A stretch of 64,000 nucleotides of DNA, taken from positions 29,578 to 93,577 of the IMG/VR virus record IMGVR_UViG_2706795957_000001, one strand, 5' to 3'. The position numbers were made by a program, and so were the translations under genes. The stretch is from a virus (lineage: Duplodnaviria; Caudoviricetes). The notes below the pieces were generated by a model, which was not told the DNA's origin, did no database searches, and saw only the letters and a list, made by a program, of their open reading frames with translations. Positions 19,572 to 28,672 of this stretch are shown one piece after another (positions within the stretch are counted from its first letter, which is position 1; each line of letters starts with the position of its first letter).

Positions 19572-20930
19572 ATGAGCACAGATGAAGAGAAGAAGGAGCG
19601 CCGGCGGTACGGCCAGGGGTCGACCTACTACCGCGAAGAGCGTGACGTCTGGGTGGCCTCCAAGCGCGTCGGCTACGACAACCGCGGCAAGCCGATCCGG
19701 CTCAGCGCCCAGGGCAAGACTGAGGCGAAGGCCATCGCAAAACTCGACAAGAAGATCCGCGACTTCCGCCTCGGCAAGCAGACCAGCAAGAGCAAGGGCA
19801 CCGTCGGGGAGTACCTCGACCGGTGGCTCTCCGACGTCATCGCCGACGATGTACGACCCACTACATTGCACAGCTACGACAGCTCGGTGCGTAATCAGAT
19901 CAAGCCCACGATCGGCACTAAGAAGCTCGCCAAGCTCACGCCCGAAGATGTTCGCCAGATGCGTCGTGACATTGAGGCGATGTACACCGAGAAGGCCAGG
20001 GCTGACCCCCGATATGCGGAAACGGGCCCGAAGCGCTCGCGCTATGCACAGGTGGTTCTTTCCAAGGCCCTTGCTGATGCGGTTCGTGAAGAGATCATCG
20101 ACCGCAACGTCGCCGACACCATCTACGTGAAGAAGCCGCCGGCCACCGACAAAGAGCAACCCGCGCTCAATGCCGAGCAGGCCAAGCGCCTCCTGCGCGT
20201 AGCACTGGAGAAGAAGGATCGCTGGGCCACCCGGTGGGCGGTTGCGCTCCTGACCGGAGTGCGCCAAGGCGAAACGCTCGGGCTCACGTGGGATCGCGTG
20301 AACTTCGAACGCAAGGAGATCCTGTTCGACAAGCAGCTCCAGGTGCTGCAGAACAGGCACGGGTGCGGCACCGGCAGCGGCAAGAGCTGGCCGTGCGGCA
20401 TGAAGGTGGCGCGCGCATGCCCACACCGCGAGTACGTCATCCAGCCTCAGTACCGCAACCAGGTCAGAATCCTCGAGGAGGGCAAGCGCTCACTGGCGCT
20501 GACGCCGACCAAGACCAAGATGTCCAAGCGCGCGCTGCCGATGTCAGAGCCGCTCGAGAAGATCCTGAGGGCTCACAAGCTGTCCACGATGAACGAGTCG
20601 AACCCACACAACCTGGTCTTTCACTACGAGGATGGCCGTCCGGTCTACCCGCGAGACGACTACGACAACTGGCTCGCCGCCCTGGACGCCGCGGACCTCG
20701 AGCGGATCAAGCTGCACAGCACCCGGCACAGCACCGCGTCGATCATGAGTGACATGGGCATCGACCGCCAGGTGATCATGCAGATCCTCGGACACACCAA
20801 CCTCAACACCACGGCCCGCTACGCCGCGGTGGGCGACACCTTCCGCCGTGAGGCCATGGAGTCGCTGAGCAACCTGCTGGACATGTTCGGCGAGGGTGAC
20901 GCTGGCAACACCCCGGCGCTGGATGTCTGA
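19572..20930 (+). CDS. int: Tyrosine integrase
   Basis: TGVRQGE.LGL.W, KLHSTRH, ILGHTN..TT.RY catalytic motifs; N-terminal arm-binding domain. Confidence 0.96.
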   Translation: MSTDEEKKERRRYGQGSTYYREERDVWVASKRVGYDNRGKPIRLSAQGKTEAKAIAKLDKKIRDFRLGKQTSKSKGTVGEYLDRWLSDVIADDVRPTTLHSYDSSVRNQIKPTIGTKKLAKLTPEDVRQMRRDIEAMYTEKARADPRYAETGPKRSRYAQVVLSKALADAVREEIIDRNVADTIYVKKPPATDKEQPALNAEQAKRLLRVALEKKDRWATRWAVALLTGVRQGETLGLTWDRVNFERKEILFDKQLQVLQNRHGCGTGSGKSWPCGMKVARACPHREYVIQPQYRNQVRILEEGKRSLALTPTKTKMSKRALPMSEPLEKILRAHKLSTMNESNPHNLVFHYEDGRPVYPRDDYDNWLAALDAADLERIKLHSTRHSTASIMSDMGIDRQVIMQILGHTNLNTTARYAAVGDTFRREAMESLSNLLDMFGEGDAGNTPALDV

Positions 20931-20946
20931 TTTTGTGACTCCCGAG

Positions 20947-20990
20947 CCCACCCCCACCTGCGCTTTCTGGTAGGTGGGGGTGGGACTTTA
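20947..20990 (+). terminator. Intrinsic terminator after int
   Basis: CCCACCCCCACCT/AGGTGGGGGTGGG stem plus T-run. Confidence 0.7.
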
Positions 20991-21195
20991 GTCCCGAGGG
21001 TGAACCTCGATTAAAGAAATTCGTTGACTAGATGTTTACTTAGCGCACAGGCGGCTGTAAGGTTCGTGTAGCTAATCGCAAATTCTTTGTGATCGCAGCC
21101 CCCCACCCACCGCCGATAGGCCGCTCGCTTCAGAATGCGTGGCGAGGACGCAGCCCAGGCAAAACCTTTCAAGCTAGAAGAGGTCAATTCCCCCA

Positions 21196-21401
21196 TGTAC
21201 GGATCCCACGTCTCTAGTCTCTCAACCACGACTGGACAGACTGTGACAATGGACGTTGAGATTGTTGACGGCGAGCCATTCTTCTCAATGCAATATGGCG
21301 AAGGCGTCGATCAGCTGATCGAATTCGACATTGATGGGTGCCGGCAGTTGCTTGCCCAGCTGGGCAGCATTCTCGGAATGCGGATTGCCGAGGTCGCGTA
21401 G
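21196..21401 (+). CDS. Hypothetical protein (start uncertain)
   Basis: GAGG SD; ORF ends before a terminator. Confidence 0.45.
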
Positions 21402-21409
21402 GTAGTCAG

Positions 21410-21462
21410 AAAAAGGGGCAACCCCCGCCTAGTACGTCAGGCGGGGGTTGCTTTCTTCATTT
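21410..21462. terminator. Bidirectional terminator
   Basis: GCAACCCCCGCCT/AGGCGGGGGTTGC with A-run and T-run flanks. Confidence 0.8.
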
Positions 21463-21834
21463 CCGGGGCCGTATTTGACATCCGAGATGAATGTCCGGAT
21501 CAGTTCGTCGATGGCTTTTCGCTGCCGGCTGGTCAAGACTTCCGAACCCACCGGAGGCTCATAGGGGGGCTGTGCCGCATCCCAGGTCTCGCCAAGCCAG
21601 TCCAGGACCCTCTTGACGGAGATCCCCAGGGCCTCCGCGACGCGCTCGAGGGTCTGCCTTTCAACGAGCCGCGGGTCGGCCTTGCCGGTGATGAGCCGGA
21701 CGACGGTGGTGGTGTGCAGACCGGCTTCCTTGGCCAGAGCGGTTGAAGCTCGGGTCACCCGTCCGTGGATTGGTGAGACCCTGCTTCAGCATCGCTTTGG
21801 CCCAAGGCTGCGGTACTTCAGTGGTTTGTCTCAT
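21429..21834 (-). pseudogene. XRE-HTH immunity repressor, apparently frameshifted (+1) at about 21741
   Basis: MRQTTEVPQPWAKAM...PSFN in one frame continues as ALAKEAGLHTTTVVRL in another; span 406 nt = 3n+1; divergent from the early operon, next to int. Confidence 0.75.
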
Positions 21835-21940
21835 AGTAACGACTAGTGTCTCACGCACAACTGCACGCGTCAACAACGACTGTCGGTGGCCGGCGCTATA
21901 GTGTATCTAACGCACAAGTAGACAGCCAGGAGGCATAAGC

Positions 21941-22165
21941 GTGTCAGACATCAAGGTGGGCGACATCGTCACCATCGGTTCATGGGGTTACCGCTGGACG
22001 GTGACCGGTTTCAAGCTCTCGCCAGCTTCTGGGGGCCGTAAAGCCCTCCTCGCGCGAGATCAAGAGCACGGCTACCGCCGCGGTGACGTCGGCAAGAGCC
22101 GAGGGACGGCGACCATTCGGACCCGTGTAGCGGTCGATACATTGGTCAAGGAGGAGTCCAAGTGA
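21941..22165 (+). CDS. Hypothetical protein, first gene of rightward operon
   Basis: SD AGGAGG; TATAGT -10 near 21897. Confidence 0.65.
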   Translation: MSDIKVGDIVTIGSWGYRWTVTGFKLSPASGGRKALLARDQEHGYRRGDVGKSRGTATIRTRVAVDTLVKEESK

Positions 22166-23199
22166 CAACCCCCTACGACCTCCTCGAGACCGGCGCCATC
22201 ATCAATGGACGCGCGCAAGTCATCGGCAAGTTCGCGAACGGATCACCCGAGTGGCACGCCGCGCGCCGCGGGCATGTCGGCGGGTCCGAGATCTCCGCGA
22301 TCGTCGGCCTAAGCCCATTCGAGTCACGGTTCTCCCTCTGGCACCGCAAGAAGGGTGAACTCGAGGACGTCGAGGAGACCCCAGCCATGGAGTGGGGCAC
22401 CCGCCTCGAGCCAGTCGTCTACGACAAGTACGCCGAGGGTCTCGAAGAGGGTGAGTTCATCACCACCGGCCACACCTTCCGATGCCTGATCCCGGGGCGC
22501 GGCTGGATCAATGCCAACCCCGACGGCATCGTCTGGGCGCAAACCGAAACCGGCGAGTGGTACATCCGTCGCATCCTCGAGATCAAGACCTCGGCCCGCG
22601 GCGAAGGCTACGGAGAGAACGGCAGCGACGGCATCCCGATCTACTACCGATGCCAAGTGCTGTTCTACATGTACTGCCTCGGCGTCAAGCAGGCCGAGCT
22701 GGCCGCGCTGATCTCCGGTGTCGACTACCGCACCTACAAGGTCAACTACAGCACTGAAGACGTCGAGTTCCTCATGAACGCCGGCGACAAGTTCATGCAC
22801 GACCTGAACAACAACGTCCTGCCCGACATCAGCAAGGATAGTACTACCTACGAGGCTGTCCGGCAGATCAACCCCGAGTTGGACCCGGACCTCGAAGTCG
22901 TCATCCCCACCGCACTGGGGGAGTACTACCGATCGATCGAGGAGGCCTACCGCGAGATCAAGGACCTGCGCTACGGCGTCCACGCAGACATTCTCGACCA
23001 CGTCGGGTCCGCGCGCCTGATCAAGCTCGAGGACGGCGAGGTCCTGGCCCGCCGGCAGATGCCTGGCCGTGGCGACAAGCCATACCTGCGCTACGTGCCG
23101 CCCAAGAAGGCCGAGCAGGTGAGCGTCACGGACGCCTACGAGAAGGAGCAGGACCGGCAGGAACGCCTGGCCGCGATGTACGCGCCCGCATCTGTCTAG
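22162..23199 (+). CDS. YqaJ/RecE-like exonuclease
   Basis: EW...RR..VGGSEI, WGTRLEP, ANPDG, LEIKT, Y..QV..YM. Confidence 0.92.
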   Translation: MTTPYDLLETGAIINGRAQVIGKFANGSPEWHAARRGHVGGSEISAIVGLSPFESRFSLWHRKKGELEDVEETPAMEWGTRLEPVVYDKYAEGLEEGEFITTGHTFRCLIPGRGWINANPDGIVWAQTETGEWYIRRILEIKTSARGEGYGENGSDGIPIYYRCQVLFYMYCLGVKQAELAALISGVDYRTYKVNYSTEDVEFLMNAGDKFMHDLNNNVLPDISKDSTTYEAVRQINPELDPDLEVVIPTALGEYYRSIEEAYREIKDLRYGVHADILDHVGSARLIKLEDGEVLARRQMPGRGDKPYLRYVPPKKAEQVSVTDAYEKEQDRQERLAAMYAPASV

Positions 23200-23206
23200 T
23201 CTCTAG

Positions 23207-23235
23207 TTGACTCCAGCAGACACATGACGTAGGCT
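23207..23235 (+). promoter_or_regulatory. SigA-type promoter TTGACT-N17-TAGGCT
   Basis: Near-consensus hexamers upstream of a 540-nt gene-free leader. Confidence 0.8.
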
Positions 23236-23291
23236 GATGGAGTCAGACAGAGAGCGACAACGAACTGTCTAACCTCTAACTGAACAGAGAC

Positions 23292-23460
23292 TTGTGGTTG
23301 GTGGCGTCAAGCCCACCCCTTCTGGCACAAACCATCCCATTAATCACGGGGCTTACTACGCACGCCAGTTGGGGACGTAAGGACGCCCAGCACCCTTCCC
23401 CGGTGCTTGCGGGACTTCAGAGTTCCTTCAGCTCGACGGCTCCTGCGCCACCAGCCACAA
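23292..23460 (+). ncRNA. Unidentified structured RNA, copy 1
   Basis: 15-bp closing stem; invariant blocks shared with copy 2. Confidence 0.75.
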
Positions 23461-23468
23461 CAACACTT

Positions 23469-23677
23469 GCGACGCCGGCGTCAAGCGCGCCCCTCGGAGT
23501 GCATCCTGTCCCTTTCCAGGATGCAGGGTCTAGCATGCCCACCTCCGCTCCGACCGGGAAGTAAGGACGCCCGACGGTTGAGCCCTGCGGTTCTCCCCAA
23601 CGAGTTGGCGCTCGTTGAACCACCGCTCCCGTCTGCAGACCACAACATCTGCTCGACGGCTCCTGCGCCGGCGTCGC
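23469..23677 (+). ncRNA. Unidentified structured RNA, copy 2
   Basis: 12-bp perfect closing stem of different sequence; same invariant blocks. Confidence 0.75.
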
Positions 23678-23688
23678 CACAACCCCCA

Positions 23689-23717
23689 CATGAGGTCCGA
23701 GTACCGCGAAGCGGATT
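23689..23717 (+). repeat. 29-nt intergenic motif CATGAGGTCCGAGYRCCGCGRAGCGGATT, copy A
   Basis: Also at 26188 and 27452. Confidence 0.85.
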
Positions 23718-23775
23718 GAACTATCCGGAAATACCAGACAGTTCAAAACACAAGAGAGAAGAGGAGATACAACAC

Positions 23776-23964
23776 ATGGCACGAATCAATCAGAAAACGC
23801 TGGACAGCATCAACACGGCGTTCGAGAACATGGGCCGCGAGATCGACGGGCTGTGGAACTCGATCAACCAGGTCAAGGGAAAGTTGGAAGAGCAGCCATC
23901 CGATGTCCGGATCACCGAGACCCCGTCGGTGCAAGCCGCCAAGGGCGAGGGGGCCTCGGAATGA
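23776..23964 (+). CDS. Small coiled-coil protein
   Basis: SD GAGGAG. Confidence 0.65.
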   Translation: MARINQKTLDSINTAFENMGREIDGLWNSINQVKGKLEEQPSDVRITETPSVQAAKGEGASE

Positions 23965-24473
23965 TCAAGCCGCCATTCCAGCTCGCCACGTTCTTCAACA
24001 CTGGCGAGGATGACCCCTACGGCTGCGTCATGAACGTCGTCGCCTGGCTCGCGGGCGAACCGACAACCGCCGAACCGGCCTGCACCAACTGGCATTTGAC
24101 CAGCCTGGCCCAGACGTTCAATGACAAGCTGCTCATGAAGTTCGCTCCCCACACCCGGGAGTTCGGCACCAACATCGACGGCACGGTACGCATGGTCGGC
24201 GTCGCCACCCCGGAGCAGGCAACCCGGATGCTCGAGGTTGCAGAGATGCTCGTCAACACCTCCGTGGTCAAACGGCAGGACAGCATACCGTGGCTCCGAT
24301 CGGTCACCGCGCTGTATGCACCCAACAAGATGGGCAGCCATGGGCTGGCTACGGCCATCGTCGATGACGCCGACACCTTCGACGAAGCGGTGACCAGCAT
24401 GCTGATCATCCTCGAGGACTTCCACAGCACCTTCGCTGACCAACTCACCCCCAAGGAGCAGGCACTTGTCTGA
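23961..24473 (+). CDS. Hypothetical protein
   Basis: ATGA overlap; GCVMNVVAWLAGEP....PAC motif. Confidence 0.65.
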   Translation: MIKPPFQLATFFNTGEDDPYGCVMNVVAWLAGEPTTAEPACTNWHLTSLAQTFNDKLLMKFAPHTREFGTNIDGTVRMVGVATPEQATRMLEVAEMLVNTSVVKRQDSIPWLRSVTALYAPNKMGSHGLATAIVDDADTFDEAVTSMLIILEDFHSTFADQLTPKEQALV

Positions 24474-25191
24474 ACTGCAACAGGCCGCACAGGGCCAGGC
24501 GGACGCCGGCCCAGTCCAGGTCATCTACAGCCACGCCAAGGAGATCCAGAACGTGCTCGCCAAGGGCACCGACATGGACCGCTGGCTGCAGATGGCCCGA
24601 CTCGCCGTCATGCGTGACCCCAACCTCGTCAACGCCGCCAAGCGCGACCCCGGCTCGCTCATGCAGGCCATGCTCGACTGCGCCGAGAAGGGACACATCC
24701 CCGGCACCGAGGACTACTACCTCGTGCCGCGCAAGGGTGGCATCCAGGGCATGGAGTCCTGGAAGGGAATCGCCAAGCGCATCATGCGTTCTGGCCGCTA
24801 CCAGTCCATCGTCGCCGAGGTCGTCTACGAGGGCGAGGACTTCGACTTCAACCCCAACACCATGGACCGACCCGTCCATCAGATCAAGTACATGGCGCGC
24901 ACCTCCGGACAGCCCGTCCTGTCCTACGCCTACGCGGTCGACCACGAAGGTAAGCCGTCCACCATCGCAGTCGCCGACCCTCGCTACATCGCCAAGGTCA
25001 AGGCCAACTCCAAGGGCACCGTCTGGGCCGACTGGGATGAGGCGATGTACAAGAAGACCGCGGTCAAGATGCTCGTGGACTACGTCGACACCTCCTCGAC
25101 CGACCGTCGTGGTGTGTCTACCGTCCAGGTAGACGGACCGGTCGGAACCTTCATCGACGGCGTTCTCGAGATCGAAGGGGGCGACCAGTGA
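24466..25191 (+). CDS. recT: RecT-like single-strand annealing protein
   Basis: SL.QA.LDCA..G..P....YLVP, AEVVYEGEDF, W.DWDEAM.KKTAVK. Confidence 0.9.
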   Translation: MSELQQAAQGQADAGPVQVIYSHAKEIQNVLAKGTDMDRWLQMARLAVMRDPNLVNAAKRDPGSLMQAMLDCAEKGHIPGTEDYYLVPRKGGIQGMESWKGIAKRIMRSGRYQSIVAEVVYEGEDFDFNPNTMDRPVHQIKYMARTSGQPVLSYAYAVDHEGKPSTIAVADPRYIAKVKANSKGTVWADWDEAMYKKTAVKMLVDYVDTSSTDRRGVSTVQVDGPVGTFIDGVLEIEGGDQ

Positions 25192-25406
25192 GCGACCACG
25201 AGATCATCCGCTCCGTCCAGTTCAGCGACGGCACCAACATCCTTCGCGTTGCGGTCGACGGACACTTCGCCGAGTTCGGAATCGGTGAAAAGTATGTCTT
25301 CGTCCCCATTGAGAAGTTGGACGAGTTTGCCGACGAGCTCAAGAAGATCGCGCCGAAAAAGGCGACGCTCGCCACCCGGGACACGATGCAGGTGATGGGT
25401 CGATGA
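25188..25406 (+). CDS. Hypothetical protein
   Basis: Coupled ORF. Confidence 0.6.
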   Translation: MSDHEIIRSVQFSDGTNILRVAVDGHFAEFGIGEKYVFVPIEKLDEFADELKKIAPKKATLATRDTMQVMGR

Positions 25407-26140
25407 CCATCCAGGTTCGCGTAATCTCCTCGCCCACAGTCACCCTCGCCGGGTTCACCATGATCACCCAGACGGTCCGAGAGAAGCTCGGCGCCGGCGA
25501 CTCTGGGTCGATGGCGCAGTTCCTCGCCGAGTTCGGCGGTCGGGTCTGCTACCAGAGCTGGGACAAGCCCAACCCGAAGACGGCCACCAACCAGGGCTAC
25601 ATCGAGAACATCCAGGAGCAGCGCCACTTCAGCGTGCTCGAGCACAGCTCGGCCAGCTTCTACATCGAAGGTGTCTCCCGGTCGCTCACCCACGAGTTGG
25701 TGCGCCACCGCCACTTCTCGTACTCGCAACTGTCGCAGCGCTACGTCGACTCCAGCGATGTCGCGTTCGTGCTGCCGCCGGCCTACGAGGGTGACGACTG
25801 GGCGACGAAGGTGTTCGTCGAAGGCCGCGCCCGGGACCTGCGGGACTACGCCGAGCTCGAGGAGCACCAGAAGTCCAAGGGGCTCAACAAGAAGCAGGCC
25901 CGAGAGTCTGCCCGGTCGGAGCTGCCCAACAGCACCGAGACCAAGATCCTCGTCACCGGCAACCTGCGCGCATGGATGGAATTCCTCATCAAGCGTGACA
26001 ATCCCGCCGCCGACGCCGAGATCCGCCGCCTGGCCAAGGAGCTCCGCGAGCACCTCATCTTCATCGCACCAGATGTCTTCGGTGACACTGCCCGCAAGCT
26101 CTGGGACGACTCGTTCGCCCAACGCGAGGCGCGCGCCTGA
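25403..26140 (+). CDS. thyX: Flavin-dependent thymidylate synthase
   Basis: GRVCYQS, HFSVLEH, SRSLTHELVRHRHFSYSQLSQRY, NLRAW. Confidence 0.97.
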   Translation: MTIQVRVISSPTVTLAGFTMITQTVREKLGAGDSGSMAQFLAEFGGRVCYQSWDKPNPKTATNQGYIENIQEQRHFSVLEHSSASFYIEGVSRSLTHELVRHRHFSYSQLSQRYVDSSDVAFVLPPAYEGDDWATKVFVEGRARDLRDYAELEEHQKSKGLNKKQARESARSELPNSTETKILVTGNLRAWMEFLIKRDNPAADAEIRRLAKELREHLIFIAPDVFGDTARKLWDDSFAQREARA

Positions 26141-26187
26141 GACCCGACGGCCTCGCTGGGAAACCGGCGAGGCCGTTCTCACATCCA

Positions 26188-26216
26188 CATGAGGTCCGAG
26201 TGCCGCGAAGCGGATT
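26188..26216 (+). repeat. 29-nt motif, copy B (preceded by a GAAA-capped hairpin at about 26146-26177)
   Basis: CATGAGGTCCGAGTGCCGCGAAGCGGATT. Confidence 0.85.
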
Positions 26217-26239
26217 CCACACCATAGGCAAGGAGAACC

Positions 26240-26844
26240 ATGGACAGGCGATCAGTAAACTACCCAATCGAATACAGCAAAGAGTTGGACAGGCACATCA
26301 ACAGTGTGCGAGCACTGGCCGCGTTTCTGACGAGCAGCGAGGTCATCCACGCCGCCGACCACTACAGGGACGCGCTGGCCTACGAGGGCACCCTCGATAC
26401 GGTCTGCGATCAGCTCGGTGTGAAGCGGTACGACGCGATCGTCGATAGGGTCGCGGAACTGCAGAGCCGCACCGACGTCGTCGAGGTCGGAAAGAATCTG
26501 CCGACACCCGACCCCAAGGATCCCGAACACATCAAGTTCGCCACCAGCCTACTCACAGAGGTTGCGAAAGGCATGGCGTGACCGGCGATCACGTGGCCGC
26601 GGTCGAGATCGACGCAGCGCGGATCCACAGATCCCTCAGGAACTTCAACGACGCAATCCATGACGAACAGTGGCAAGACCTGCCTGAACTAGTCCGAGAG
26701 AAGATGCGCAGCCTGGCCAGTGAATGCCGGGACGCCATCCTCAGCCCCCACCGCCGCGCATACAGCGGCACCCATGCACGATCCGGGGTCTGCGCAGAGT
26801 GCCAGACCCAATACCCATGCAACGCAAGGAGATTCTTCCAATGA
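26240..26844 (+). other. Two hypothetical genes (26240-26581, 26578-26844)
   Basis: SD AAGGAG; GTGA coupling. Confidence 0.6.
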
Positions 26845-27038
26845 CCGAACCATTCCAGAACAAGCTGGCATTCAACAAGCGTGAGCTCGCCGAAGCCGTC
26901 GGCGTTCACGAGTCCACCATCGACCGCGAGATCAAGGCCGGCAAGCTCGAGGCGCGCTACGTCCGCGGCAAGGTCGTCATCCTCCGCGAAGAGGCCATGG
27001 CATGGCTCGCCGCCACCCCCGACGAGAAGGAGCTGTGA
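26841..27038 (+). CDS. Excisionase-like (MerR/Xis) HTH protein
   Basis: F.KRELAEAVGVHESTI.R.IKAGKL.A...G..V.I..E....WL. Confidence 0.8.
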   Translation: MTEPFQNKLAFNKRELAEAVGVHESTIDREIKAGKLEARYVRGKVVILREEAMAWLAATPDEKEL

Positions 27039-27244
27039 CGTGAGCAACGAAGCAGAAGTCCACTACAAGAAGGCATCTCGGTGGCTCAAGAAGGCCGATA
27101 GGGAACGGGACTACGCTGCAACGGCAGCGCTCCCTGAGGGGCACTGTAAGCGTGCTGTCGAGTACGAGCAGCGAGCTCAGGTGCATGCACTCATGTCCAT
27201 CGCTGCATCGGGTCTACCGATCAGCGTCACGGCCACTTCGACGC

Positions 27245-27277
27245 TTGACTAACGACCCGGGAGACGTCTAATGTCTA
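27245..27277 (+). promoter_or_regulatory. Promoter TTGACT-N18-TAATGT with GTCTA-N-TGTCTA repeat over the -10
   Basis: Seen directly in sequence. Confidence 0.7.
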
Positions 27278-27451
27278 ACCCATCACAAGAGTGTGATTTC
27301 GCCACCCTGTTCGAGGCATGCAACAGCCAAGCCGAGTATGAGGTCACCTACCGATGGTGGGGGCGGAAAACCTTCTGCGCCAGTCACTTCCGTGAGATGA
27401 AGGTCGACGGCGACAAGCATGTACTAAGTGTAACCGCCGCGGCGCCCCAGG

Positions 27452-27480
27452 CATGAGGTCCGAGCGCCGCGGAGCGGATT
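27452..27480 (+). repeat. 29-nt motif, copy C
   Basis: CATGAGGTCCGAGCGCCGCGGAGCGGATT. Confidence 0.85.
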
Positions 27481-27524
27481 GACACACACAACACACCACA
27501 ACACGACAGGGAGGTCGCAAACAC

Positions 27525-28670
27525 ATGACAGATCCGACACAGACAGCAGCGGCAAAGGTTGGAGCTCGCATCAAAGCACTCCGCGAATCACACAACCTGA
27601 CCCAACGCCAGGCAGCAGACCTGATGGACTGGCACCACCTGACATGGCATCGCATCGAAAAGGGGGACACCAAGCAGTACAACGCAACCAGGCGCGCTGC
27701 GGCACAACAGGCAATCGCTGACAAGTTCGGTGTCGACCAGTACTTCCTGCGTGAGCAGCCGAACGTGGCGATGACGTCGACCAAGGTCATGCCGGTCACA
27801 GTCCTGAAGCGACTCAATGCCCTGCGAGTCGCCGGATGGAGCTCCCAGGACATCTCGGACGCGACCGGGATCCCCATGTTCGACCTGGAAGCCCTACAGA
27901 TGCGCGTGACGTCGGACTGCGAGCACGACCCCTACCGACCATCCATCTCCGCAGCGGTGGCCACCACACTGTTCGAAAACACCCCGAACATCTCCAAGCA
28001 CGGCGACGACGAGTTCGTTCCGGCACTTCCGGCTCACCTCCACATGCAAGACCTCGACGCCGCTGGCTATGGCGGTGTGGAGCAGTACACTTCAGCCTCC
28101 ACTGACCGCGACGGCCTCATCGTGATGCTGACGGGGGCAGGCAAGGACGTGCTGCGTCGACTGGGAACACACAAGTTCGCTTCGACGCACCTCGTGAGGC
28201 ATTCTCTGGCCACCGAGATCCTGTCCCTACCGTCCAACGTCAACGCGCGCATTCCGAGCGCTGTGGGGGCCACCAGGCGTCTGCAGGCGCTCGTCGCATG
28301 GGGATACGACCCAGACTGGCTGCAGGAGCTCCTGGGCCTCAGCGACCTACAGATGCACCGGACCCTGTACGGCACCAATGTCGATGCCCCGCTCGAGCGT
28401 GAGGCCGGGATTCGACTCGTCAAGGAGTTCAGCCGGCTCGAGCACATCCGTGGCAAGGACGACGACGCTGCCGAGATCGCCACCGAGATGGGGTGGGCCC
28501 TACCGTTCCAGTGGGACGAATACACTATTGACAAAATGGGCAGCAAGAAATGGCGTCGCCGCAAGGATCGTGGCGAGAAACCGCTTTATGAGGACTCGCC
28601 GGAAAAGCGTCTGGAAAACCTGCGTAAAGAATTCGAAGAATTCGTCATCGACCTCGGAAAGGCAGCATAA
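27525..28670 (+). CDS. Multi-HTH (XRE) DNA-binding protein
   Basis: VGARIKALRE..NLTQ.QAA....W.RIEKG; internal RL.AL...GW and RRLQAL...GY repeats. Confidence 0.8.
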   Translation: MTDPTQTAAAKVGARIKALRESHNLTQRQAADLMDWHHLTWHRIEKGDTKQYNATRRAAAQQAIADKFGVDQYFLREQPNVAMTSTKVMPVTVLKRLNALRVAGWSSQDISDATGIPMFDLEALQMRVTSDCEHDPYRPSISAAVATTLFENTPNISKHGDDEFVPALPAHLHMQDLDAAGYGGVEQYTSASTDRDGLIVMLTGAGKDVLRRLGTHKFASTHLVRHSLATEILSLPSNVNARIPSAVGATRRLQALVAWGYDPDWLQELLGLSDLQMHRTLYGTNVDAPLEREAGIRLVKEFSRLEHIRGKDDDAAEIATEMGWALPFQWDEYTIDKMGSKKWRRRKDRGEKPLYEDSPEKRLENLRKEFEEFVIDLGKAA

Positions 28671-28672
28671 GA

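Noticed and set aside
23292-23677. Group I intron or retron msr-msd
   Set aside because: No interrupted gene, canonical P/Q/R/S sequences or reverse transcriptase; similarity is only topological
23292-23964. ORFs 23292-23564, 23407-23964 (long form) and 23417-23782
   Set aside because: No SD, Pro/Ser-rich shadow translations of a structured region; only 23776-23964 has a good RBS
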